From contig CAVRAL010000004.1 of the NCBI GenBank assembly GCA_963719085.1, positions 1,223,078 through 1,287,077 on the forward strand: a stretch of DNA of 64,000 nucleotides. Direction: 5' to 3'. Of the stretch, positions 19,263 to 28,893 are shown piece by piece; position 1 is the stretch's first letter, and every line of letters begins with the position of its first letter. Position numbers and translations under genes: made by a program. This DNA is from a candidate division FCPU426 bacterium (GTDB lineage: Bacteria > Oederibacteriota > Muellerivitia > Muellerivitales > Muellerivitaceae). The notes under the pieces were generated by a model. It did not search any database, was not told where the DNA came from, and saw only the letters and a list, made by a program, of their open reading frames with translations.

Positions 19263-19907
19263 ATGTGTGAATTCCTTTGTGGAATTTATTTGTTATTAAT
19301 CGATCCCAAAACCTGGATAGAGGCGGTGATTGTTTTGGGTGGAACTTATCTTGGCGTTCTTTGGGCAACCAGGAAGAACAAAGAGGAATGGATTGAGCAT
19401 CAAGGGGAACTGGAAAGAAAATCCAAAGAGAACGACGAAAAACTATTAATTGTTCACTTGAGGCATTCCTATGCATTGACAAAAACAAACATAACAGTAG
19501 CGGAAGAAGCAATAAACAGACTTTCTGGAGCTGGTACGGCCTTGGCCGATTATTTGGGTTACATGGCAAAAATCAAAGATGGCTTATCAAATGATACCTA
19601 CTTAGAATTGCTTCACACAGGACTCCACAAGCAGCTTAGTAAAGATTTTCAAAACTCTTTATTGTTTGCGAGATTCAAGGTTAATGCAGTGAAAGTCTAT
19701 TGCTCTGCGAGCTATGCGCGTATCAATTCTTTCAAACACATGAGCACCTTTGATTCGACAGCGAGAGACGAATGGGCTATGGATGTAAATGAGATTCGTG
19801 ACTTGAAAAAAGATTCGTTGGAAGGGCTTTTGGAGATAACGAGAGAATATTTAGAAGGCAAAGGAGTTGTTTTTGACGTGGCTGGAGAGATCATTGATTT
19901 TTTATAA
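19263..19907 (+). CDS. Hypothetical AT-rich protein with N-terminal TM helix
   Basis: 214-aa ORF, aggag RBS, AT-rich codon usage. Confidence 0.65.
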   Translation: MCEFLCGIYLLLIDPKTWIEAVIVLGGTYLGVLWATRKNKEEWIEHQGELERKSKENDEKLLIVHLRHSYALTKTNITVAEEAINRLSGAGTALADYLGYMAKIKDGLSNDTYLELLHTGLHKQLSKDFQNSLLFARFKVNAVKVYCSASYARINSFKHMSTFDSTARDEWAMDVNEIRDLKKDSLEGLLEITREYLEGKGVVFDVAGEIIDFL

Positions 19908-19932
19908 ATCGATAAAAGAGATCGGTTATAGA

Positions 19933-20871
19933 TTATAAAGATTGCATAGGTTTCGTCGAATCCGCTTCAAAATGTCTCTTCACGTCGTTCGCGTAGTTTT
20001 TCCCTAATTCCCCCGCATTCAATTTCAGCCATTCGGTTACTGATTCCCGACCCAAGGGCTTTTGATCCGAACATAAAAGCTCCTGCTCAAGACCCAATAA
20101 TTCCTCTCGAGTAAGGATAACGTCCTGCAGGATTGGCTCAATCATTCGAAGCCCCGCCAATGAAACCCAATTGGGGGTTCCTATCAGAATTGGTTTCACC
20201 CCGCAAAAGCCCGCTAACAAACCAAGATATTCCCGGAAGGTGAAGGTACTTGGTCCTGCCGCGTCTACCGTTAGGTTTTCCTTTTTCTCGGCTGCATCGG
20301 TGATAATCCTGGCCGTATCAGTCAAGGTAACTGGTTGCAGACGGTAGTTGCCGCCTTGGGGAACTGGGAAAATAGGGAAGCGACGAAGGAACCAGGCGAT
20401 ATTATTGGTCAAGACGTCCTTGGGTCCCAGGATGAGGGTGGGGCGGACGATGGCGTAAGAAAGCCCGGAAGCGGCAATGAACTTTTCTAACTCATATTTA
20501 CCCCGGTAATAACCCAGGTTAGTGCCTTGCTCACAGCGGCTGACGCTGACATGGACAAACCTTGGCACTTTGGCGGCCGCGACGGCCTTCACCAATAATT
20601 GGGTATTGTCGATGGCGGTTTGGAAGTTGGTGCCTTTCCAGGGAAGCCGAACCCAATAGGTGTTGATGAAAAGATCAGCGCCCTGTAATTGTTCTTGGAG
20701 ATAGGGAAGATTGAATTTCAGAGGACTTGAGGTGATGCCCTGGGTCTCAGTCGGCGGGATTCGGTTGGTGAGGGTATGAACCTTCCAGCCACGACTCAGC
20801 AATTCCGCCGCCACGGCGGCTCCTGTAAAGCTAAAAGCCCCTGTGATTACCGCGCGTTTTTTTTTGGGCAA
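19933..20871 (-). CDS. NAD(P)-dependent epimerase/dehydratase (NDUFA9-like atypical SDR)
   Basis: ITGAFSFTG Rossmann motif, YYRGK, IVRPT.I.G, LQPV. Confidence 0.85.
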   Translation of the reverse strand: MPKKKRAVITGAFSFTGAAVAAELLSRGWKVHTLTNRIPPTETQGITSSPLKFNLPYLQEQLQGADLFINTYWVRLPWKGTNFQTAIDNTQLLVKAVAAAKVPRFVHVSVSRCEQGTNLGYYRGKYELEKFIAASGLSYAIVRPTLILGPKDVLTNNIAWFLRRFPIFPVPQGGNYRLQPVTLTDTARIITDAAEKKENLTVDAAGPSTFTFREYLGLLAGFCGVKPILIGTPNWVSLAGLRMIEPILQDVILTREELLGLEQELLCSDQKPLGRESVTEWLKLNAGELGKNYANDVKRHFEADSTKPMQSL

Positions 20872-20967
20872 TTAAAATTCCTGAATTGAAATAAAGTCGA
20901 CAAATCTTAACGCCATTGGCTTAAAATTTGGCAGAAATTATATTCCCGAAGTCTGGAGTATTTAGAC

Positions 20968-21183
20968 ATGAACGTCAAATATATTTTTTTTCTCATGTCA
21001 GTGTTTTTTGGAATTGTGGCCATTGTGGATCTTTATACGGGACATTCGACAAGTGGAACTCGATATGGAGGTTCTCTCGAGTACTATCGTGAGATCGATC
21101 CGACCATGTATTGGATAAGTGTCAGTTTTCATGTTTTTCTGGGGGCACTTTGTATTTATTGTTTCACGCGCATTAAAGATTAA
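20968..21183 (+). CDS. Small two-TM hypothetical protein
   Basis: 71-aa ORF with ggag RBS; Y.RE.DP..YW loop between two hydrophobic segments. Confidence 0.6.
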   Translation: MNVKYIFFLMSVFFGIVAIVDLYTGHSTSGTRYGGSLEYYREIDPTMYWISVSFHVFLGALCIYCFTRIKD

Positions 21184-21252
21184 TATTTGTCAAAGGGGTC
21201 AGGCTTGACGATTGACAAATTCCGAGTCGAATTGAAAAGTGTCAGACATAAA

Positions 21253-21341
21253 TTATAAAGATTAAACCGGTTTCGTCGAATCCCCTTCGAAATGCCGCTT
21301 CACATCGTTCGCGTAGGTTTTTCCCAAATTCCCCGCGTTCA
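21253..21341 (-). pseudogene. 3'-end remnant of a paralog of the SDR gene at 19933-20871
   Basis: Encodes LNAGNLGKTYANDVKRHFEGDSTKPV*SL* versus LNAGELGKNYANDVKRHFEADSTKPMQSL*; 1320-bp offset. Confidence 0.85.
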
Positions 21342-21641
21342 GTCTCGATTGTCCCGCCGCCCTTGAAAAGCCAATTCTGACCCGCTTGAAATGACGTCCA
21401 TAAAAGGGTTTCGGGCTGATGGGTCTGCGGCCAGCATCTACTCGAAATGTGTTAATATTTGACCTATTCGCTGGCGGCAATCTATGGTTTTGATCGTCTT
21501 TTATGGGGGAGTGGTTATTGAAGCGTCTTTATCTTTTTTTAGCCCTGCCATTTTTCCCTGAGCTCGCGATCATCCCCTCCGGTTGTTCCAGCCAAGGAAG
21601 CCTTTCTTTTTAAGAAAAGTCGTATAGGGAATTTTGTTTCT

Positions 21642-22901
21642 ATGCGTCGACATCCATATCTAAATCTAAAACGGGCCTTTCTGATTTTCGCCGCGCTAGG
21701 TTTGGGCTCCCGGGCGGCGGCCCAAAGCATTGTTGAAACCGACTTGGGGAGCCAATCCCCGTCGATTTTGGTACAAGCCCTCTTGGGTACGGGCGTTTCT
21801 TACAGCAACGTCACTTACCAAGGGGTCGGCACTTCGGCGGGAACCTTTACCGGCGGGAACGGGATCATCGGTTTCGATTCGGGGATCATCTTGAGCACGG
21901 GGGCCGCGGGCGGCGTGACGGGATCGCCCGGCTCCGCCAGCACCTGTAATTCGACGCCCGGGGACAGTGATTTATCGGCCTTGATCGGAGGGCAGGCCAC
22001 GAATGACGCCACCGTCCTTTCGTTCGATTTCGTGCCAGCCTACGGCACCCTTTCGCTCCAATATGTGTTCGCTTCAGACGAGTACAACCAGTATGTGGGG
22101 AGTATTAACGACGCTTTCGCCTTTTTCGTGAACGGCACCAACGCGGCCTTGATCCCCGGCACCAACACGATCGTTTCCATCGCCAACGTCAATGCCTGTC
22201 AAAATTCGGCTTATTTCATCAACAACACCGCACAATCAACCAATTTAGGGGCTTGTTCTTTGACCCTGCCTTCGAGCAACTTGAATACCTCCATGAACGG
22301 CTTGACCACCGTTTTGACGGTCAACGTGGCGGTCACCCCCGGGGTCAACAACCATATCAAGTTGGCCATCGCCGACGCGCTGGATTGTATCCTCGATTCG
22401 GATGTGTTCATCAAGGCTTCCAGTTTTGTCAGCGTTCCAACCGCCACCCCCACGCCGACTTCGACTCCCACCGTAACCCTGACTCCCACGGCCACCATTA
22501 CCCTGACGCCCACCGTGACCTTTACCCCCACGCCGACCCTGACTCCGACTGTGACCTTCACCCCCACGCCAACCTTTACTCCCACCGCGACCGTCACGCT
22601 CACCCCCACGCCGACCGCGACGCCCATCTGCCCCTTCCACGCCTGGCCTGACCCATTTGACCCGAGATACGCCTACGGAGGCACGCTCAAATTCGGCTGC
22701 CTGCCGCCGGATGCCTTGGTTTCGATCTATACGGTCTCCGGTGAATTGGTGCAGGGAGGCCTGGCACCTGTCAACGGCGAAGCGTATTGGAACGGCAAGA
22801 ACAGCACCGGGGCCCCTGCTTCCCCAGGTATCTATTACTACGTGGCCCTCGAGGGCCGGACCATTTATACGCGGGGCAAGTTTTTGATGGTCGGGCATTA
22901 A
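21642..22901 (+). CDS. Secreted choice-of-anchor L-like protein with Thr/Pro linker and FlgD/T9SS-like C-terminal domain
   Basis: GIILSTG, LSFDFVP, YVFASDEY, NDAFAFF, ALIPGT, KLAIAD..D...DS.VF; (TPT)n linker; IYTVSGELV..W.GKN..G..ASPGIY. Confidence 0.8.
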   Translation: MRRHPYLNLKRAFLIFAALGLGSRAAAQSIVETDLGSQSPSILVQALLGTGVSYSNVTYQGVGTSAGTFTGGNGIIGFDSGIILSTGAAGGVTGSPGSASTCNSTPGDSDLSALIGGQATNDATVLSFDFVPAYGTLSLQYVFASDEYNQYVGSINDAFAFFVNGTNAALIPGTNTIVSIANVNACQNSAYFINNTAQSTNLGACSLTLPSSNLNTSMNGLTTVLTVNVAVTPGVNNHIKLAIADALDCILDSDVFIKASSFVSVPTATPTPTSTPTVTLTPTATITLTPTVTFTPTPTLTPTVTFTPTPTFTPTATVTLTPTPTATPICPFHAWPDPFDPRYAYGGTLKFGCLPPDALVSIYTVSGELVQGGLAPVNGEAYWNGKNSTGAPASPGIYYYVALEGRTIYTRGKFLMVGH

Positions 22902-23001
22902 GGCGCGTACCAGGGGCAACCTCAGGGATTTCCTGGAGTTTGAGCGAGGAATGGCCTATAAAGTTTCTGTTATTCAATCGTAGTTTATTGGGAGTGAATT
23001 T

Positions 23002-24009
23002 ATGAAAACGGTTCGTATTTTCTTATGCTTTTTGTGGGTCATGGCTTTGCCCGTCGTTCAAGCGGCGCGGGCCCAATCCGACGCTGATCAGTTTAAAACC
23101 GGATTCCTGAAAGATTTGACTCCGCCCTCCGTCCTGCCTAGCGCCGTCACCATTTCCGATGATCAGCCCGTGTTTTTCGTCGTAGGGATCGACCATGGCG
23201 CTTCCATTGACGTGCGCCCGGAGGCTCAACGGGACCAAGTGCGCTTCAAACTTTTGCTGGGAAAAGGCCAATTCGCCTCGATGGATTCTCCGGTTCAAAA
23301 AAGCGAGGGAGGCATTACGGTGACGGTCGGTAACACGGATGTCGCGCCCGTCTTGTTTTTCCCCTCCGCGGGGGCAACCGCCTACCAAGTTGTGGCGGAA
23401 GCCCTGACCAAGGGGGATTCGGGTTCGGTGTCCTTCAGTTTTTCCCTGGGGGCTCCCGACAAAGCCGGCTTCTTAAAAGCGGCCCAATGGGGGGCCAAGT
23501 CCCAAGAGAAGTGGAAATTCGGGGACGCGGAAGTCATCCAGAAGACAACTATCCGTACTTTTGGGCTCGACGGCAAATCCACTTTGCCCGACCGGGTCAG
23601 CGCCCAGTACGAGAAATACCATGGAAGCAAAATTGAAGTCAGGGACAAGGATGCCTCCGGCAAAATCCTCCGGACGGTTTCACTGGATGAGGCCAAGATG
23701 GAAAAAAATTCAGATGTTTCGGTTTGGACGTCAAGTTGGGCCGTCGGTCCCTCGGATTATATTTTCCTTGAGAAGCACGAGCCGCCTCAAATGACCAGCT
23801 ACAACTTATTTTTAGTCAATAAAGACAAGGGTCTTCTGGACGGCCTGGTGGGCTTAAGCCAACTGGGATACAGCCTGTCCGAAAACCAATACGTGAAAAA
23901 AGGCGATGTCTATTTCCCTTTGCTTGTGAAAGACGACAGCTTCAGCTATCAAGGCAAACAGACGGGGAGCATGGAGAGCAATTACCAAATCCTGTCTCCT
24001 CATAATTGA
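23002..24009 (+). CDS. Secreted hypothetical protein
   Basis: Signal peptide, ggag RBS, 335 aa. Confidence 0.7.
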   Translation: MKTVRIFLCFLWVMALPVVQAARAQSDADQFKTGFLKDLTPPSVLPSAVTISDDQPVFFVVGIDHGASIDVRPEAQRDQVRFKLLLGKGQFASMDSPVQKSEGGITVTVGNTDVAPVLFFPSAGATAYQVVAEALTKGDSGSVSFSFSLGAPDKAGFLKAAQWGAKSQEKWKFGDAEVIQKTTIRTFGLDGKSTLPDRVSAQYEKYHGSKIEVRDKDASGKILRTVSLDEAKMEKNSDVSVWTSSWAVGPSDYIFLEKHEPPQMTSYNLFLVNKDKGLLDGLVGLSQLGYSLSENQYVKKGDVYFPLLVKDDSFSYQGKQTGSMESNYQILSPHN

Positions 24010-24065
24010 GCGCTTAAAAGATGTCGGGCCTAGATGATTAAAATTTAAGTCAAAAAGAGGGTTTC

Positions 24066-24596
24066 ATGAAAAGAACTTGTTTGGCGGCTTTGATTGGTTT
24101 GTTCCTTCTGGTCGGTAAGGCGCAGGCGGATTTTGGTTTAATTTCCTACATCATCTACACGGCGGAAACCCTTCCCAAAACCAGCGTGGACGTCAGTTGG
24201 AACGTACCGGAGAACACTTACCTCTATCCTCACGTCATCACCATGCATGACGCGGAAAGTAAGGCCTTTTACACTTCCTTGCTCGGACAACTCGCGGTAT
24301 TTAAGCCCAAGCTTTACGCCGGCGCCGTCATTATGGACCCCGCGCCTAAAGATGGGGCTGATCCGCAGTTCGTCTTGGTCAAAACAACGGTCACCAACGA
24401 GGCCGATTTTAAAACCCTCATGAGCGAGGTGGTTTACACCTTCGCTTCCGGTAGCTTTGTTGATCAAAACGTCTCGGTCTTGTTTCATTTCACGGATACC
24501 GCGCTTGAGGAAAAGTACGGGGGCGTGAAATATAGTGAATCGGATGTGCCCTATGCGGTTTTCGCTCTGAAGCATCCCGAGGCCGCGGCGCAATAA
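24066..24596 (+). CDS. Secreted hypothetical protein
   Basis: Signal peptide ending AQA, gagg RBS. Confidence 0.7.
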   Translation: MKRTCLAALIGLFLLVGKAQADFGLISYIIYTAETLPKTSVDVSWNVPENTYLYPHVITMHDAESKAFYTSLLGQLAVFKPKLYAGAVIMDPAPKDGADPQFVLVKTTVTNEADFKTLMSEVVYTFASGSFVDQNVSVLFHFTDTALEEKYGGVKYSESDVPYAVFALKHPEAAAQ

Positions 24597-24613
24597 GGGT
24601 CAAAAGGTTATTT

Positions 24614-24883
24614 CTATCTCGATTGCCCGGCCACGATTAGCAATACGATCAGTGCTTTAAACAACAGGAAGAAAACTATCACCAGGCAGACGGTGACCCA
24701 GAAGGGGAGCGGCTTTTTGCCCCAGGGCCAGAGGGCGAAAAAGACGAAAACAGCCGCCAGGCCGAAAGCGGAAACGAACCCTTCCGCGGCGAAGCGCTTC
24801 AAGGGATGAAGGATTAAAAGCGCGCCCCCAAATGCCGCCAGGGCGGCCATGACGCCGGCCATGTAGCGGAAGACATAAATCAT
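24614..24883 (-). CDS. Small three-TM membrane protein
   Basis: Hydrophobic 89-aa ORF with aagga RBS. Confidence 0.55.
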   Translation of the reverse strand: MIYVFRYMAGVMAALAAFGGALLILHPLKRFAAEGFVSAFGLAAVFVFFALWPWGKKPLPFWVTVCLVIVFFLLFKALIVLLIVAGQSR

Positions 24884-24960
24884 CTCGGGGTTCCTTAAAA
24901 TCAGCCGTTTTTAATAAGTGGTATAATTGAGCCTAATATTAATCCTCGGCGCAGGAAATT

Positions 24961-25521
24961 ATGAATAAATATCTCGTGGCACCATTGGTTGTCTTTTTAG
25001 GCTTGGCGCCTTTGGCTTGCAAACGGCCGACACCCTTAGCGCCGAATCCTGTCGAAACGCCGACTCCCACCCAAACCGTGACGGCCACTTCGACACCCCT
25101 ATGTGTTGGTTTTGCCCCCAATGCCTCACCCACAACCGTCGTTTCCGGTGGAATCACCTTGATTACTCAGCCGAATTTTTCGATTTCCACTCTTGTGTCC
25201 GCGCCAGGCAATACATTTGTGATTCATAACTTAACTGAGTGGCAAGCCATTTTTGGGTCGGCAAATCCTCCGTCCGGTATTGATTTCAATACCCAGATGA
25301 TCGTGGGAGGGGTTTTTCAAAGGACTTGCAGTACTTGTCCCATTGGCGGGGACAGCTTGGTGAGTATTTGCGAGGATTCCACCCAAGTCACGGCTGTGAT
25401 TTCCCGGCCCACGCTTTCGGCTGTTTGTTACCTCGTCGAATCAAGCGTGACCCAAATGCTGGTTGTTCCTCAGAGCAATCTGCCAGTGGTTTGGCAGGTT
25501 TACACCAGCCCCGGTTGTTGA
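24961..25521 (+). CDS. Lipoprotein with PrcB-C-like domain
   Basis: Lipobox LAC; TPT linker; P.GIDF..QMIV...GG...V pattern. Confidence 0.6.
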   Translation: MNKYLVAPLVVFLGLAPLACKRPTPLAPNPVETPTPTQTVTATSTPLCVGFAPNASPTTVVSGGITLITQPNFSISTLVSAPGNTFVIHNLTEWQAIFGSANPPSGIDFNTQMIVGGVFQRTCSTCPIGGDSLVSICEDSTQVTAVISRPTLSAVCYLVESSVTQMLVVPQSNLPVVWQVYTSPGC

Positions 25522-25630
25522 TGGCACCCGTAAAATTTTAATTGAACGGCGTTAGGGGTAAACTCCCGCTCCTCCTGGTTTTCCTATTATTTTCGTTGGC
25601 CCCGCTTCGTCCCCATGAGATGATTTCGCC

Positions 25631-27016
25631 ATGACCGACGCCCCGCTCGAAATGCGAATTGATCAACAAGAGCTGAACCTCATCGACGGGTTCCGGCAGA
25701 GCCGCAATACCTCGGTCCTGACCATCATGTTCACCGACATCCAAGGCTTCACCCGGCTGACGGAAGAGCGGGGGGACGCTTTTTCCAACGAAACGCGCCA
25801 GACCCACGACGGCATCTTGGTTCCCGTGATTGAACGGGACGGCGCGGGGCGCGTGATCAAGCATATCGGCGACGCGGTCATGGCCGTTTTTTCCGAGCCT
25901 TCCACGGCGGTCGCCCGCGCGCTGGAAATCCAGGAAGCGCTTCGCCAATACAATCAGACCCATTCGGATAGGCCGCCGATTTTGGTCCGTATCGGGCTTC
26001 ACATGGGCCAGGTGACGGTTGAGGACAAGATGAGCTTGGATGTTTTCGGCCGGCACGTGAACCGGGCTTCCCGGGTGGAAGGTCTGGCCGAGGGCGGTCA
26101 TGTTTATCTCACTTATAGCGTGTTTGATTCCGCCAAGGGATGGCTGTCGGGCAAGGGCCAGGAAGCGGCTTGGGTTTCGCATGGGCGCTATAGGGTGAAG
26201 GGAATCGACGAGCCCCTGGAAATTTTCGAGGTCTTTAAACCCGGCGGCGTCCCCCAAGCGCCTAAGGGCGCTAAAAAACAAACCGCGTTGCCGAAATTTT
26301 TGCCGGCCGCCGGTTTGGTCTTGGCCGGAGCCGTCTTGATGTTGGCACTGCTGATTGTCGCCAGAACCACCGTGATCTTTGAGGACTTGGGAGTGCGCAC
26401 CGACACGACGGACGTCTTGATCGACCAAGGCACCCGGCTTCAACTGGAAGGCAATCCGGACGATCATTTGCGCAAGTGCCTCACCCCCATTAAGCCGGGC
26501 CGCCACCTGATCTATTTCGACGTCAGCTATGTCACCCGCTACTATTCGCCCATCACGGTGAAACGCGGGAAAAATATCATCCGGCCCAAATTTGATTACT
26601 TCGGCATGCCGGGCCTGGAAGGGAATGCCAGCTACGAAAAGCACGGAAAGAATCAGGACGATTTCTCCAATAGCACCGACTATTCCACCTACGATGACGC
26701 CGAAGTCAAACATGACCACAAGGCGGCCATTTCGTTCACACTGAAGTCCGCTCCCGGAAATGTTGTGCCGGCGGCAAAGGGCGTTAAACGCCATACCACG
26801 CTCTTTTGGACCATCAACTGGACAGTGGTCCTGGATGGGCAAACCATCTCGAGCGATAAAGTCATCGTGGAACATGATCCCTTGGCGGCCGATGAGACCG
26901 CGGCCAAAAAAGACCTGTGGGCGGATTCCCGCCACCGCTATGTGCTTTCCTATAACTTGTCCGGCACTTCCGCCCAGTGCGAACTCCAAGCCCAATACGC
27001 CGAATATAAAGATTAG
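25631..27016 (+). CDS. Class III adenylate cyclase with one TM helix and C-terminal extracytoplasmic domain
   Basis: MFTDIQGFT, KHIGDAVMA, RIGLHMG, DVFG.HVN.ASR; TM segment after the catalytic domain. Confidence 0.9.
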   Translation: MTDAPLEMRIDQQELNLIDGFRQSRNTSVLTIMFTDIQGFTRLTEERGDAFSNETRQTHDGILVPVIERDGAGRVIKHIGDAVMAVFSEPSTAVARALEIQEALRQYNQTHSDRPPILVRIGLHMGQVTVEDKMSLDVFGRHVNRASRVEGLAEGGHVYLTYSVFDSAKGWLSGKGQEAAWVSHGRYRVKGIDEPLEIFEVFKPGGVPQAPKGAKKQTALPKFLPAAGLVLAGAVLMLALLIVARTTVIFEDLGVRTDTTDVLIDQGTRLQLEGNPDDHLRKCLTPIKPGRHLIYFDVSYVTRYYSPITVKRGKNIIRPKFDYFGMPGLEGNASYEKHGKNQDDFSNSTDYSTYDDAEVKHDHKAAISFTLKSAPGNVVPAAKGVKRHTTLFWTINWTVVLDGQTISSDKVIVEHDPLAADETAAKKDLWADSRHRYVLSYNLSGTSAQCELQAQYAEYKD

Positions 27017-27235
27017 GCTGCCTCTTTTTATAAGGCCTGGTTGAAGCCCGGGCCAACGGTCACAGTCGGAAAAGCGGAATGGTGATATGAAGGCTGACTA
27101 CCAAATCCTGCCGTCCAAGAGAGAATGGTTCTCTTGGGCTTAGGTGGACAATCGGGGACGAGCGCGCCATGAAATTGGGAGTGATTGGGTGTACCATTTG
27201 CCTCGCGTGCCACACACTTAACCGGAGGACTTACC

Positions 27236-27808
27236 ATGAAACTTGATCCTAAAAAAACAGCGGTTCTTACCTTGGATATGCAGGAAGGCCTATTGGCCTT
27301 CGCGCCGGGGGCGGCGGCGGTTTTTCCTGTGGCGGCCCAAGTGGTGGAAGCGGCCCGCAAGGGTGGTTTTTATCTGTTGCACGTGGGCATCGGCTTTGAG
27401 CCGGGTTATCCGGAGATCAGCCCCCTCAACAAACGATTCGCCATGGTCAAGGAACGGGGAATTTTTGTGAAGGGCTCGGACACGGCTAAGATTCATCCTT
27501 CGCTCTATAAAGAAGGCGATACGATCATTTACAAGCACCGCGTCGGCGCCTTCGCGGGCAATTCCCTTCACATGATCCTGCGGGCGCGGGGCATCGAGAA
27601 CCTGGTCTTTTTCGGCATCTCCACCAGCGGCATCGTCCTCTCGACCATCCGCGCGGCCGCCGACCTGGATTTTCAATGTTTCGTGGTTAAAGACGCCTGC
27701 TTTGATCCGGACGAGGAAACGCACCGGGTGCTGACGGAGAAAGTCTTCGCCAACCAAGGCACGGTGATCACCGTGAAGGAATTTGTGGCCGATTACGCCG
27801 GGGTGTAA
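27236..27808 (+). CDS. Isochorismatase/cysteine hydrolase family protein
   Basis: TAVL.LDMQ, KHRVGAF, G.STSG.VLST.R.AADLDF, DAC.D; ggagg RBS. Confidence 0.88.
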   Translation: MKLDPKKTAVLTLDMQEGLLAFAPGAAAVFPVAAQVVEAARKGGFYLLHVGIGFEPGYPEISPLNKRFAMVKERGIFVKGSDTAKIHPSLYKEGDTIIYKHRVGAFAGNSLHMILRARGIENLVFFGISTSGIVLSTIRAAADLDFQCFVVKDACFDPDEETHRVLTEKVFANQGTVITVKEFVADYAGV

Positions 27809-27844
27809 AGTCCGATTCAAGTTTTGAGAATGAAGTTATATCAA

Positions 27845-27887
27845 TAAAAAAGAGTCCGGTTTTTTTATCAAACCGGACTCTTTTTAT
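27845..27887. terminator. Bidirectional intrinsic terminator
   Basis: aaaaaagagtccggttt...aaaccggactcttttt between convergent genes. Confidence 0.85.
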
Positions 27888-27912
27888 TTAACGCTGATAA
27901 GAAGGTGATTGC

Positions 27913-28797
27913 CTACGGCATTTGGGGCGCGTAATCTTCGGCTGGGAATGGATTGGGCTCCTCCGCCTTGGCGAAGTCATAGTAAATCACCACCGCTTGG
28001 TCGGGTGAGTACATTCCCCGGTCAAAGTCAAAGGCCACCTGGATCGTGGAATGGGACTCGCTTTCGCCCATGCCGGTGCCAGCCAGTTGCTCATCCCGGG
28101 CTTCTTTTTTCATGTCCTTTTCCGGCGCGCAAGCCGGCGCTCCCTGGGCTAAGCTGTTCAGGGACTTCCTTTCGCAAGAGCGGTTTTGGGCGTTGTAAAA
28201 GATTGAGGGACTTGGGGTCACACGGTCAATCGGATGGCCATCCCAGTATTGATCCAGTTCCGCTTGGTTCCAAAAATAAGCCGCGCCGATCACGCCGCAG
28301 TTGGCCCAGAGATCTTGGCCCGTCGAATCCCCCCGCCATTTCGCGTAGGACTTGGGTTTTTCTGTGAAAAAGAAACGCCGGGCGCTGCCGTCGCTGACCT
28401 GCCAACCGGGAATGGTGATCGAGCTATAAGGGTCAATCATCCATTTTTCCCCGTCGGAGATTCCGCTGGGTTTGCCGGTAATCGAATTAAGCCCGTCCAC
28501 CGTCAGGTTGACGGCGACCCGGACCGGCAGGGGATTGTAAAGCCGCACCGAGTAGCGCTCGCCCTTCACGGCGGTCACCAAGGGCCGCCCGTCTTTTGAG
28601 CCTTCCGGCATGACCCCGGACTCATCATCCACCAATTCCACCCGGAACCCGAAAGACTGCCGGCGGGCTTGATGGGTCAAGCCATCGTCTTCTTGGATCG
28701 CCAGGCGGTATTGGACGGTCTGGTCCTTGACGGCGGCATGGATATGGGAAGCGGTGAAAATGAGCAGTAAGCTTAAAAATCGGATGTTCAATCGCAT
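27913..28797 (-). CDS. Conserved secreted uncharacterised protein
   Basis: Signal peptide; GERYSVRLYN..RVAV.LTVDG.N.ITG, I.GWQ.S..RRF.F, SYA, N.GVIG.A.F, GTG.GE motifs. Confidence 0.7.
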   Translation of the reverse strand: MRLNIRFLSLLLIFTASHIHAAVKDQTVQYRLAIQEDDGLTHQARRQSFGFRVELVDDESGVMPEGSKDGRPLVTAVKGERYSVRLYNPLPVRVAVNLTVDGLNSITGKPSGISDGEKWMIDPYSSITIPGWQVSDGSARRFFFTEKPKSYAKWRGDSTGQDLWANCGVIGAAYFWNQAELDQYWDGHPIDRVTPSPSIFYNAQNRSCERKSLNSLAQGAPACAPEKDMKKEARDEQLAGTGMGESESHSTIQVAFDFDRGMYSPDQAVVIYYDFAKAEEPNPFPAEDYAPQMP

Positions 28798-28893
28798 GAT
28801 CAGTCTCCTTGGTTTATTGGGCTTTTAACGCCCTTTCACCATAGGACACGGCTGATGGGGAAAAGTTCCCGCAAAAAAGGAAAGGCCTGGGAA

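Noticed and set aside
25538..26995. 485-aa minus-strand ORF
   Set aside because: Antisense shadow of the adenylate cyclase
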